Below are positions 12,001 to 17,518 of a stretch of DNA of 57,839 nt, one piece after another. The first letter of the stretch is position 1, and every line of letters begins with the position of its first letter. A program made the translations under genes and the position numbers. The stretch covers positions 1 through 57,839 of the IMG/VR virus record IMGVR_UViG_3300042569_000835; one strand, written 5' to 3'. Source of the DNA: a virus. Taxonomy: Duplodnaviria; Caudoviricetes. Below the pieces are notes generated by a model that had not been told where the DNA came from, ran no database searches, and worked only from the letters and a program-made list of their open reading frames with translations.

Positions 12001-12029
12001 TGACTATCTGGAAAAAATTTATCTGCCAT
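1..12029 (-). CDS. Giant baseplate wedge-like (gp7-position) multidomain virion protein, >=4009 aa, 3' end outside the window
   Basis: ATG at 12029, just after the gp6-like stop at 12032, reads MADKFFPDSQLPIRKTIDLLPQIFQTEANSKFL. The same frame still reads DVVEIIAIGIGGVGLLDYQ at positions 59-3. Its absence from the ORF track is consistent with no in-frame stop. Contains FG-GAP-like repeats at ~3800-5650. Confidence 0.85.
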   Translation of the reverse strand, partial: MADKFFPDSQLPIRKTIDLLPQIFQTEANSKFLAGALDPLVQPGVLEKKVGYLGRRYGKTYKSSEVYLDTDQTLRSRYQLEPGVVVEKDGKIEQFYDYLDFKNQLKFFNNTEERDDLITAQEHYTWAPPIDWDKFVNYREYYWVPDGPPPIKILGQAQNITSTYRVGLGVGSVYLFTPDGLTNNPTLTLYRGQTYKFQVNVPGNPLLFRTTIDTGTLLYNPDFQYSVGQLVVFDGKLWKAKTNITTSDGSTIDENTDDWEFVDFTSASSSALNYTKGLTNAGIESGTITFEVPLNAPDVLYYQSFTDPNRFGRIVITNVEENTKIDVEKEIIGKTNYTSSNGITLSNGMIVYFGGNVFPEKYSGKINNNKWIVEGVGERITLTNVASLIVSTTFSDTAPEILFDNGGFDTQPFDDASAYPGKKDYITINRSSIDSNPWSRYNRWCHRAVLDYAHTLNNSNFDASETSRAKRPIIEFKSNIQLFNHGSIAKDAVDFVDDFTTDVFSVVEGSTGYIVDGEYLFNGARLLITNDTDTLANNQIYIVNFITHNNIKQISLTRESNVDTQAGDGVLIRRGVKNKGVMYHFNGIDWVKSQLKTSVNQPPLFDLFDDNEVSFGDVETYPVSSFVGTSILSYKIGSGPIDIELGFSVSYLNIDNVGDIQFNFNLDTDSFTYKLDNANYSKEIATGYLKFSNDDTFTNAWNTLDSNYVQPIIDSVDIVEPTNEITTTMVDWNLLADSDIRKILVYLNGVHVRSGFTRTEGTFVFDTQFAVGDTVAIKLFANIDPDTGYYEIPLGLEKNPLNEKIKTFTLGQAADHISTGLELSEDFSGIFPGLNNLRDISGYQTLTRRFLKHSSPAPLSIALLCNKENNIIKSIQYAKKSYTDFKNSFIALAYEIFYNQTANDFVDSVLEEISRTQDVSRPFAGSDMIGSGAYTSINYTVEDTGIKTFALSEKFDLQTLSSRAVYVYFNDQQLLVNRDYEFNSTFGFVNLLIDLVEGDVIQIREYASTAINFIPPTPTKLGLYKKYKPRKFLDDTYVEPREVIQGHDGSITVAYGDFRDDVLLELETRIYNNIKQEYNESVFDIDSILGGYYGNSLYGKPALDKIVSSEFLKWISGTNIDYVNNVFFDSENSFTYTYSNMVDPTGTQNLPGYWREVYIWFYDTDRPHTHPWEMLGFSEMPIWWETEYGPAPYTSNNLILWEDLRDGIIRQGERAGIRDRYKRPSIMSHIPVDGDGKLLSPLSSGLAGNFSLINNQGAFKIGDNAPVEAAWRMSSEWPFAIISALALLKPFEFITDNFNKSSIATNKLGQTINLKTNLFSTLSDFVYENTVDTPVSGLVVYITNYLKSTASSTLKLEDVVSNINVKLSNRISGFVDQQQQKYILDSKNPKSTSSSVFVPPENYDIIFNVSAPIFNLAYSGVILEKVNAGWKISGYDNSTPLFYYYQPTDSQSDPLISVGGLSENFLDWTENTFYGNGVICRFKDKFYRCLSSHTSSTEFSEGTNGSSIWKQLPSLPLTGAVEAFRRRNFNKLRLRTLSYGSILNSIQQVVDFLLGYQEYLKSVGFIFDGYDTASSTSFDWYTSAKEFMFWSKHNWAENSLLTLSPSATYIKIKFAIGVADSILDSFYDYQVLKNDGNPLQPRFINVNRDFQEITVSTTNTTDGIYFLRMHFVLKEHVVVFDDKTVFNDIIYDKPTGYRQERIKARGFRTVDWDGDYTSPGFLFDNVNIAVWQPFTDYKLGDIVSYKSYNWTSKYNQLGSVEFQDAAWSKLDSTPSKSLIPNFDYKINQFSDYYEVNTDGVGSSQRDLARHAIGYQQREYLQNIAEDEISQFRIYQGFIREKGTANAIVKVFDKLSRTQDDSVVLKEEWAFKIGEFGGTTQIDEFEFEIKKDDLVINPQPILLTYSTNSSVVLDQYLRINSSKFTTAPTPFTTDLNRTSYYDGTSRSAGYVNTNHVDFIVKTLDDIVNLNIADVYENAHIWITFYNNEWTVLRYNQEVALRVESLVKTESNVEITLNQIHNFSVGDVVGLKYIDNLTGFFKITATTNKTITVITTSTDEPEIIDSTSATVGIFTIARKLTYQELDNQQAALLNLSSKLWIDNNGSDHWEVIEKTKQYVTYELSEYGITTPIGTGTSVVYIDNLKQIATGIPGSGYVMIYTTKTSGEVIGLKQIVPPPDGFETAVAGSFGKVLAVSPDYKWLAVGAPNASGVKSAYQGELNPSRSYLAGEIALYQGKLWEAVDNIDVGDGSSINFNSQDWKPATIVNANPAARGNGFTDQGMISLYKYNQGQWEIAHSFVSPRQAAYEEFGSAITIGVSGTTYYMAVSAPGSLCDPSIGASTGKGRIYLYQFNGTTWSHLENTKYLGLYQPSPLSIYPAGSIVWSNGSLWEALYDNTGDGSSLSLESNDWKKLDPISTQCSLPTNIAIDDDGSTLAEGLLSPTQLAELVKDGDQFGFSLTMSRDGRLLVVGAPNSDGQYFANYRGDWNVYQEYTEGDVVKYQNGYHRLTDATTSTITSLGQYPDAGLPWLNVGDSASPSTGKIYIYERDVNNLYSLTQTITADSLSDINDTANSGIIGSGDQFGFAIDIDASGTTIVASSPLADINKQNQGAAYVFKYDADSSVSQFRLKQKLQSYEYFTNEYFGSSISISPSTERIVVGAKNAGYSILAFFNDGTTFDRRRTSFSSSRGFPGQVYVYERKDQGYFLVEKLEADLVSGESFGYSIDCTSSVVVVGSPTYQVEGVAVGMVRLFKKSIETNSFNIISQEIPLVDVELLQNIELYDNVNNRKIADLDIVDGFKLKILGVAEQEISFKTVYDPAIYMIGTDDQVVDESQPWFEKNVGKIWWDLSTVKFINYEQSDFAYRIGNWNRQAEGSSVDIYEWVESVLLPSEWSLLADTVEGLAEGISGQPKFADNTVYNTKILYNPNTGLETGTLYYYWVSSKTILPTNNSIRRISAAAIEGFIDNPIGSGIPFVGILGPDKFLAYNLTAIIGTDTALVNVEYTKNKKQLTPIHREYQLLTSGVADSLPSEYLEKKWIDSLVGSDEAGNAVPDSRLPVKKQQGLSFRPRQSMFVNRDKALKIAIDNINSVLTTRPFSDTIDFGNLNRLDPIPSEVLNQYDLSVDTLIDLDQVGTVKVRQAEFTANIINGEIDTIDIKDAGFGYRTVPYIEIQGDGFGAKATITLNAQGKVNSINLISKGRKYTTATIKVRPFSVLVRSDSTLFGFWSVYAWDQQRRIFYRSKSQGYDTTIYWQFVDWWNSDYSINSKIVKEINNIYQEPTLELSVGDLIRVKEYGNGGWVVLEKTAQGAGDLLDNYNLVGRQNGTIQIKDTLYNRLINSLGYDNVGSYDAALYDLQPTKELRIILQAAKENIFVDDLRVEWNNLFFSSIKYAFSEQPYVDWAFKTSFLNAIHNVGDLEQKANYKNDNLESFQSYIEEVKPYRTSIREYTSRYTKTDSSNSAVSDFDLPPAYSVRDGAILPVNQYYNRFNEYPWKSWFDNNGYSIVAIEVADAGADYRTPPAVLITGSGTGATAQAFISNGRVSGIKVITSGSGYTQTPTISLVGGNGSSVNVARAVPILGETKVRSFDLTIKFDRTNKIGTYENFEYSQTFVATGFSAVFDLNYAPSRDKGKITVIKNDQLVISSEYEISLYISTVDSYDLLKGKLKFFANPNLGDVIVINYEKNVELFNSIDRIQKSYQPTSGMKGNNLSQLMTGIDFGGVQVQGTTFDVTGGWDALPWFTDSWDSVESSNDFYYVADGSTTFVVLPYTPENNQPISVYIKRLGDQRPIRIDDPNYTPSWDSSVATNPHAEMPTFIGDGSTNIIEIHRYLSTNSGDTLIFRKLDSDGSVVISDVNLLDTRISGGSLSNIGGAYVTAAGLTPEEIVIDGEKFVSPDQVPAPEENVPGQVLDSLSIKVFNKTNPGATPIQNTVIIGDGVKTRFDIGLTIFEASSVMVYVNKIKQEYIGDSTINYVIDFVENKIEFNVAPATGDVVEIIAIGIGGVGLLDYQ

Positions 12030-12031
12030 TT

Positions 12032-15000
12032 TTAATTTGTACTCGATATGATTGAATCGGAAGAAATTCTAAGTTCGGATGCTGAGAGCGAGGACACAAT
12101 TTCTATATCATCTACTGTTGCACCGCTAACAAAAATTTCATCTACTCTACTTTGGATCTCAAATAAACTGCCAAACGACTGTGTTAGCTGTCTAGGGAGA
12201 ATAACAATATTACTGATATCAGGAGAAACAGTATTTACAATGTAGGTTATCAGTTCGCTGACGTAAAATCTATCTCCAAAGTCCCAGTTGTTGATATTAA
12301 AAAATTCATTTATTGCATTAATAATTCTAACTTTTAAATCGTTGTCGTTGATTAATCTATTAGAGTTTTTAACCACCTTAAACTTTGCCTGTAATTTAAC
12401 ATCTGCGGTGGGTCCGAAAAGAACTTTATAATCTACAGGATGATATATAATTTCATCGCTGATAGATTTTATCAAATCTAAATTAGAACCAAACGATATT
12501 CGTAGACTATCGCTATTTGGCGCTTCTGGTCTAGTTCCTACTCCTGCTAGAAAATTTCTAAAGGCGGTATTATAGCTTCTTGTTAAAAGATAAACGTCGA
12601 TGATATTACTAGAACTAGGATCAATTCTTCTATCAATATTGGCATTATGCACATACTGAAATTTTAATCCGGCACGGCCAACATTTGCCTGATAGGTACT
12701 TTCTAATATCAATGTATTTGTTGTTCTATCTACTCGTTTTACAACATTTTCATCACTGTTATAAAAATATATTAAATCCCCGTCATTGTAATTGTTAACA
12801 TTAACAAGGCTTTCTTTTGACACAATAGAAATATGATTATCGCTATTATCTACATATTCATTTATGGTATTTCCTGCAACATCTATAGATTCTTTAAAAA
12901 ATAAGTAATTGAGATCTAGATCAGTTCCTACAATTTGTTCAAAGGCTTCAGGATTATCAATAACACCATCGTCGTCTGTATCAGAAAATGCTATTTTTAT
13001 TTCATTGGTGCTTTGATAACCGTCATCATATTTTATTGTATCACTTATTTCAAAACTAATATCTTGTTTGAGCGGCCCTAATAAATTGCTGTTAGGATTT
13101 ATACTTAAAACTTTCACCTGATCTTTTATTACGTTGCCAGTCTTGCTATCGTAAGTTTTTTGTGCCGAATCAAAATAAAATCTGTTTTCTTCAAGGCTTC
13201 CAAATATGTAATCGAGTCCACGAATTCTTACAAAATATTCGTCTGCTTCCTTAATAAATGCAATAATCCAAGATGAATCTAAGCTGCTGTTAGAAGTATC
13301 GCCCGACTTACCAAGACTAAAATTATCTAATAAATTTAGATTGGCTGAAGTAATTAGCTTCCAAGACGATTCAATCATAGAATAGCGAAGACCGAAGTTT
13401 AAATTTGAAAATAACAAATTGGTCATTTCTAACTCTAATCCTTCAGATAAGTTAGAAACAAATTTTGGAATAATTCTGGTTGCAATTGCACCTGTAGGAA
13501 TTACATCACTAAACTGAACTGGTCCTAGTCCTGTGCTTAGGACTCCTCGACCAGCATTGGTTCCGTCTCCAACAACCTTAACTGTTTTAGTCCATATAGC
13601 ATTTGTTTGTTCTGGGTCTAAGTCATCACTATTGACTAATTTTCCCCGTTTAAATGCCTTGCCTTCTGGCGCAGTAAACTTGATTAGCGCACCGGGAGTT
13701 GCATATTTTAGTGTACTTGTAGTATATGTTCCTACTTTTAAAATAGCAGAATCAACACTGTTATAAAAATATCCTGTAGAACTGTTAACATCCGTAGTCA
13801 GTTGATTCCACCTATAATTAATATCTGTAAACAAAATTTTATCAAACTTAGTTAGATAAAAATTATAGATATCTGTTGCGGTAAAAATTGGTTCAATACT
13901 ATTCTTAATAAAATTAATAATGTCAATTCTATTAGAATACTTAAAGGCTAGAGATCTTTCTATTTCATCTTTGTAGATAAGTCCATCAGAAGCAAAAACA
14001 TTAACATTTGAATATTTCCCGCTAGCGTCAATAAGATCAAAATTTCTACTTATTCCGCTTGATACTCGATTAATAGCTTTTACTTTTAAAATGTTCTGTG
14101 ATGATGTCAACGGTGCAAGATTATAATCTTCACCGGTAATCATTCTGTTTTGTGTATAATATTGTGCCGGAGCATTTTGTCTAATAGACGCAACAGATTC
14201 AGTAGCCGATGAAGAACTTACTGTGTATTTTAATCCTAATGTTACTGTTAGAGTGTGTCTTACTCCCGACTTATTAACATAAGGAATGCCGATTGTGATC
14301 CCTCGCATTTCATTAGGTGCTATTTGGTACACTAGGCCATTGCTAGTTCTGTAATAAGTTCTAAAAGCGCCGATCGGTAAATTTCCATAAACTCCATCTG
14401 AAAATGCAAGATCAACTCTGTCATTTTCTTTAGTGATTACTGAATATATGTTTCTAATATTAGAATCAATACTGTTATAAGAAATATTATTTCCTATTAA
14501 AGACGACACCTTGGTCCATTCGTTTAATTGTACACCGGTTGAGCTTAATGAATATAACCAAATATCGTCGTTGTTGATATTGTTGCTGTCAATGGCTATC
14601 AACTCGTTGGTTGTAGGAATATCTATAGAAAAATCTGCAAGCTCTAAGGTGCCTTGTTTAAACATTAAGAAAAAACCAGTGTTTGCACTAGTACCACCTT
14701 TTCCATCATTTCTATATACAAATCCCAATTGATTGCCCGGCACTGGAGGTTCTTCATACAATTCTTCTTTGCCTTTGAACCCGGTACTAACTAGCTCAAA
14801 TGTCATTTGTCGTCCAGCAACTATTTTACTGTATGTAAAAATTGGAACATCATTTGATGCTGTTCTAAATCTATATTGGTCTGTGGCAATATCGTCAATA
14901 ATAGCCGTTCCTTGACTTCGGCCGAATACAGTATTATCGGCCATAGCAGCATTTAAAATTGTAACAAATTGTTCGGGCCAATTAGAGTTTGTAGGATCGT

Positions 15001-15433
15001 TCCACACAATAGTCTGTTGTGCTAGATTTTTTCCGTTATTATCTAACACACTTTCTGTAGTACTTACAGTGTCAAATTTTAATATACCTTTAGAAGGAAT
15101 ATTTCTCTTAGCGTTATAACTGAGCATTTTTGCAAGACGTAGAACACTTTCTTTACGCTCTGCAAGTTCAATAAAATTTTCTCTGCTGGCTAAATCAATA
15201 CGGAACGCAAGACTCTGGCCAAGGAATGCAATAGCATCAATTAAGGCTAGGTACTCTGAACTTTCAATGTAGTCATTAAAATCTTCAGGATAGTTTTCAC
15301 GAAAATAGGCAATAATAACTCTGCGAAGATTTTCAAAGTCGTAGCTTTTGAAATCAGAACTTTGAAAAGTCTGATAAATTCTAGTCCAATCTTCATTTAA
15401 AATTAAGTTGTTTTGTCTAGACGTTGTGGTCAT
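12032..15433 (-). CDS. gp6: Baseplate wedge subunit, T4 gp6-like
   Basis: N-terminal DFENLRR...DFNDY...LIDAIAF...RENFIELAERKESVLRLAKMLSY and the later QNRMITGEDY motif are typical of gp6/baseplate-J; directly downstream of gp25. Confidence 0.85.
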   Translation of the reverse strand: MTTTSRQNNLILNEDWTRIYQTFQSSDFKSYDFENLRRVIIAYFRENYPEDFNDYIESSEYLALIDAIAFLGQSLAFRIDLASRENFIELAERKESVLRLAKMLSYNAKRNIPSKGILKFDTVSTTESVLDNNGKNLAQQTIVWNDPTNSNWPEQFVTILNAAMADNTVFGRSQGTAIIDDIATDQYRFRTASNDVPIFTYSKIVAGRQMTFELVSTGFKGKEELYEEPPVPGNQLGFVYRNDGKGGTSANTGFFLMFKQGTLELADFSIDIPTTNELIAIDSNNINNDDIWLYSLSSTGVQLNEWTKVSSLIGNNISYNSIDSNIRNIYSVITKENDRVDLAFSDGVYGNLPIGAFRTYYRTSNGLVYQIAPNEMRGITIGIPYVNKSGVRHTLTVTLGLKYTVSSSSATESVASIRQNAPAQYYTQNRMITGEDYNLAPLTSSQNILKVKAINRVSSGISRNFDLIDASGKYSNVNVFASDGLIYKDEIERSLAFKYSNRIDIINFIKNSIEPIFTATDIYNFYLTKFDKILFTDINYRWNQLTTDVNSSTGYFYNSVDSAILKVGTYTTSTLKYATPGALIKFTAPEGKAFKRGKLVNSDDLDPEQTNAIWTKTVKVVGDGTNAGRGVLSTGLGPVQFSDVIPTGAIATRIIPKFVSNLSEGLELEMTNLLFSNLNFGLRYSMIESSWKLITSANLNLLDNFSLGKSGDTSNSSLDSSWIIAFIKEADEYFVRIRGLDYIFGSLEENRFYFDSAQKTYDSKTGNVIKDQVKVLSINPNSNLLGPLKQDISFEISDTIKYDDGYQSTNEIKIAFSDTDDDGVIDNPEAFEQIVGTDLDLNYLFFKESIDVAGNTINEYVDNSDNHISIVSKESLVNVNNYNDGDLIYFYNSDENVVKRVDRTTNTLILESTYQANVGRAGLKFQYVHNANIDRRIDPSSSNIIDVYLLTRSYNTAFRNFLAGVGTRPEAPNSDSLRISFGSNLDLIKSISDEIIYHPVDYKVLFGPTADVKLQAKFKVVKNSNRLINDNDLKVRIINAINEFFNINNWDFGDRFYVSELITYIVNTVSPDISNIVILPRQLTQSFGSLFEIQSRVDEIFVSGATVDDIEIVSSLSASELRISSDSIISSTN

Positions 15434-15452
15434 AATTTGCTATCCTATCATG

Positions 15453-15459
15453 TATTTAA
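15453..15459 (-). promoter_or_regulatory. Late promoter (TTAAATA) for the gp6-like gene
   Basis: TAAATA core ~20 nt upstream of the start; the same motif recurs upstream of other structural genes. Confidence 0.6.
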
Positions 15460-15475
15460 CTAAAAAATAAAGTGG

Positions 15476-15910
15476 TCAGTTTATAATTTTATTTTCTTTA
15501 TCAAAGTCAAATGCCATTCTTTCATTAATGGCAAAAGGCAAATATGTAATATCAGCTTCTATTCTGATACCCATATCTGTAGAATCAATTACTACTCCGT
15601 TGATGGCTATTCTAGGATCATAGTTAATGATCTGTTCAACATCCTCTGTAATTAATTTTTTAACTTCCTCAGTGAACGGTTCAAAAAGCAAATCCCAAAT
15701 TACTGTTCCAAAATCTGGGTTTTCTAATTTTTCCCCTTTTCTAATATAAAAATGATTAATAATATCCTGTTTTACTAAATCAATGTCGTATAATTTAAAT
15801 CCATTTTTAGATTCTTGAGAACTAAATCCCTTGTAGGTAAATGCGATTTGACTGTCAGCAACGCTGGCATTGAGTGATGCTACAGACTTTTGATTGTATA
15901 ATTTTGCCAT
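15476..15910 (-). CDS. gp25: Baseplate wedge subunit / sheath initiator, gp25-like
   Basis: DIDLVKQDIINHFYIRKGEKLENPDFGTVIWDLLFEP...INYDPRI matches the GPW/gp25 family. Confidence 0.9.
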   Translation of the reverse strand: MAKLYNQKSVASLNASVADSQIAFTYKGFSSQESKNGFKLYDIDLVKQDIINHFYIRKGEKLENPDFGTVIWDLLFEPFTEEVKKLITEDVEQIINYDPRIAINGVVIDSTDMGIRIEADITYLPFAINERMAFDFDKENKIIN

Positions 15911-15918
15911 TGTATTCC

Positions 15919-17478
15919 TTATGTGTCTCGATCAGTATTTGTAGGTTTTAATACCGTGGGAGCAAAATTTTCATGTAATGACCACGGTTCGTGCATTGGT
16001 ATTCTTTTCATAATACTTTTTGTAGTACCTGCTTGATATCGTTTTTTATTGCCCCACCCGCTGCCTGTACTAGTTACAGGGTTAGCATGTGTGCTCAACG
16101 GTGATGCAGGGGTTGCAGGAGTTGCAGGGGTTGCAGGGGGACCGTTCATGTGAATTTTGCTGGCAGATTCTATATGTTGACCGCCGCTACTGATGTTGGT
16201 ATTGGCTCCTGCTGTAAAATTATTTGCACTACCGGAATTAATATCTGTTGATCCACTAGTAGACAATTTAGTACCCGAAGCCGATATCAAGTCAAATCCT
16301 GCACCTATTGTAATTTTTCCGTCTGCACCTGCAATTAGATTAAAATTGCTGGCGGCTTCTAATTGCATTTTCCCGCCAGCTGCTTTTATATTGACATTTC
16401 GGCCTGCTTCAAAATTAATATCTCTGTCGGCTCTAAAATTTAAATCGTTTTCGGTGTGGATAGAAATACTATCCTGTGCATAGATATCAATTTTACCGTT
16501 AGACGTTAATTCTACCCAGCTGGTACCGCGAGCATTACCAATATAAATTAAATCTTCTGAATTATGTAATAATATCTGATGGCCTGTTCGAGTTCTAAGC
16601 CTTACATATTCGTTATACGGAACATCGGGATTTCCCTTTTCATTTTTTAACGTGTCTACATATTTTACAGGGCCTGTTCCGGCTGTAGTTGCTCTTTGAA
16701 ATTGATCATCACCATCATCAAACACTAACTGTGATCCGCCTAGTCTACTAACGGGCACTGCTGATGGACTTTGAGCTTGTCGCTTTCCGATAAATTGTTT
16801 TTTTGCGTTTGGTCCTCGATCAAAGGGCCCGGGGGTAGAAATACCAAAAACTGTGTTTGGTATACTTCTTCTGGTTGTACTGGTAGTGGTTCCTCGTACA
16901 TCATCTTCTAACAATCCCTGTTCTAAAAACCTATCTGCGATAGGATGTACCGGGCGTTTTATCTTTTCTATTTCTAATTTTTTATCTAGTTCGTTTGTTT
17001 TTCTGTTAATTTCTGCTACAGGCAAAGGCGAAGTAGTATCATATTTCTTTTTTTGTTCTTCGGTTAATTCTACTGATGTTGATCCACCAATAGCCGGAAT
17101 CATGTGATTCATAAATCTACTGGGCACACAGGCAAACCAATAGCCTTCAGATGTATTACCATTAACAAATGCGCACAATACTGTGGATCCAATCTCTGGG
17201 GTTGGAAACCACATGCCATAACTTTTTTGGGTATCGTTAAAATCTGTTTTATTCAACCCCATATTTTCATATCCAGTAACACCATAAAAGGGACTGGCAT
17301 ATTTTACAGTGTATGTTTGACCTAGATCCCCAATCGTGTTGCCGTTATCTCTTTGAAGTGTAACTTCTAATCCGCACATAAATGACGGATCTAAGTATCC
17401 TACTACTTTGGCCAACATTAATCCAGTATCTAGTTTACTAGAATTAACATCGACCGGCGTCCGTTTTTCTATTGACAT
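15919..17478 (-). CDS. Baseplate central spike, gp5/VgrG-like, without a lysozyme domain
   Basis: OB-fold signature YGMWFPTPEIGSTVLCAFVNG, then RTRTGHQILLHNSE and periodic beta-helix repeats ending KIHMNG. Confidence 0.75.
   Translation of the reverse strand: MSIEKRTPVDVNSSKLDTGLMLAKVVGYLDPSFMCGLEVTLQRDNGNTIGDLGQTYTVKYASPFYGVTGYENMGLNKTDFNDTQKSYGMWFPTPEIGSTVLCAFVNGNTSEGYWFACVPSRFMNHMIPAIGGSTSVELTEEQKKKYDTTSPLPVAEINRKTNELDKKLEIEKIKRPVHPIADRFLEQGLLEDDVRGTTTSTTRRSIPNTVFGISTPGPFDRGPNAKKQFIGKRQAQSPSAVPVSRLGGSQLVFDDGDDQFQRATTAGTGPVKYVDTLKNEKGNPDVPYNEYVRLRTRTGHQILLHNSEDLIYIGNARGTSWVELTSNGKIDIYAQDSISIHTENDLNFRADRDINFEAGRNVNIKAAGGKMQLEAASNFNLIAGADGKITIGAGFDLISASGTKLSTSGSTDINSGSANNFTAGANTNISSGGQHIESASKIHMNGPPATPATPATPASPLSTHANPVTSTGSGWGNKKRYQAGTTKSIMKRIPMHEPWSLHENFAPTVLKPTNTDRDT
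16105..16139. repeat. 9-nt tandem repeat encoding PATPATPATPA
   Basis: TGCAGG(G/A)GT repeated about 4 times. Confidence 0.8.
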
Positions 17479-17518
17479 TTAATATCCTTATTGCTTGATT
17501 GATTTTTCACATTTAATA

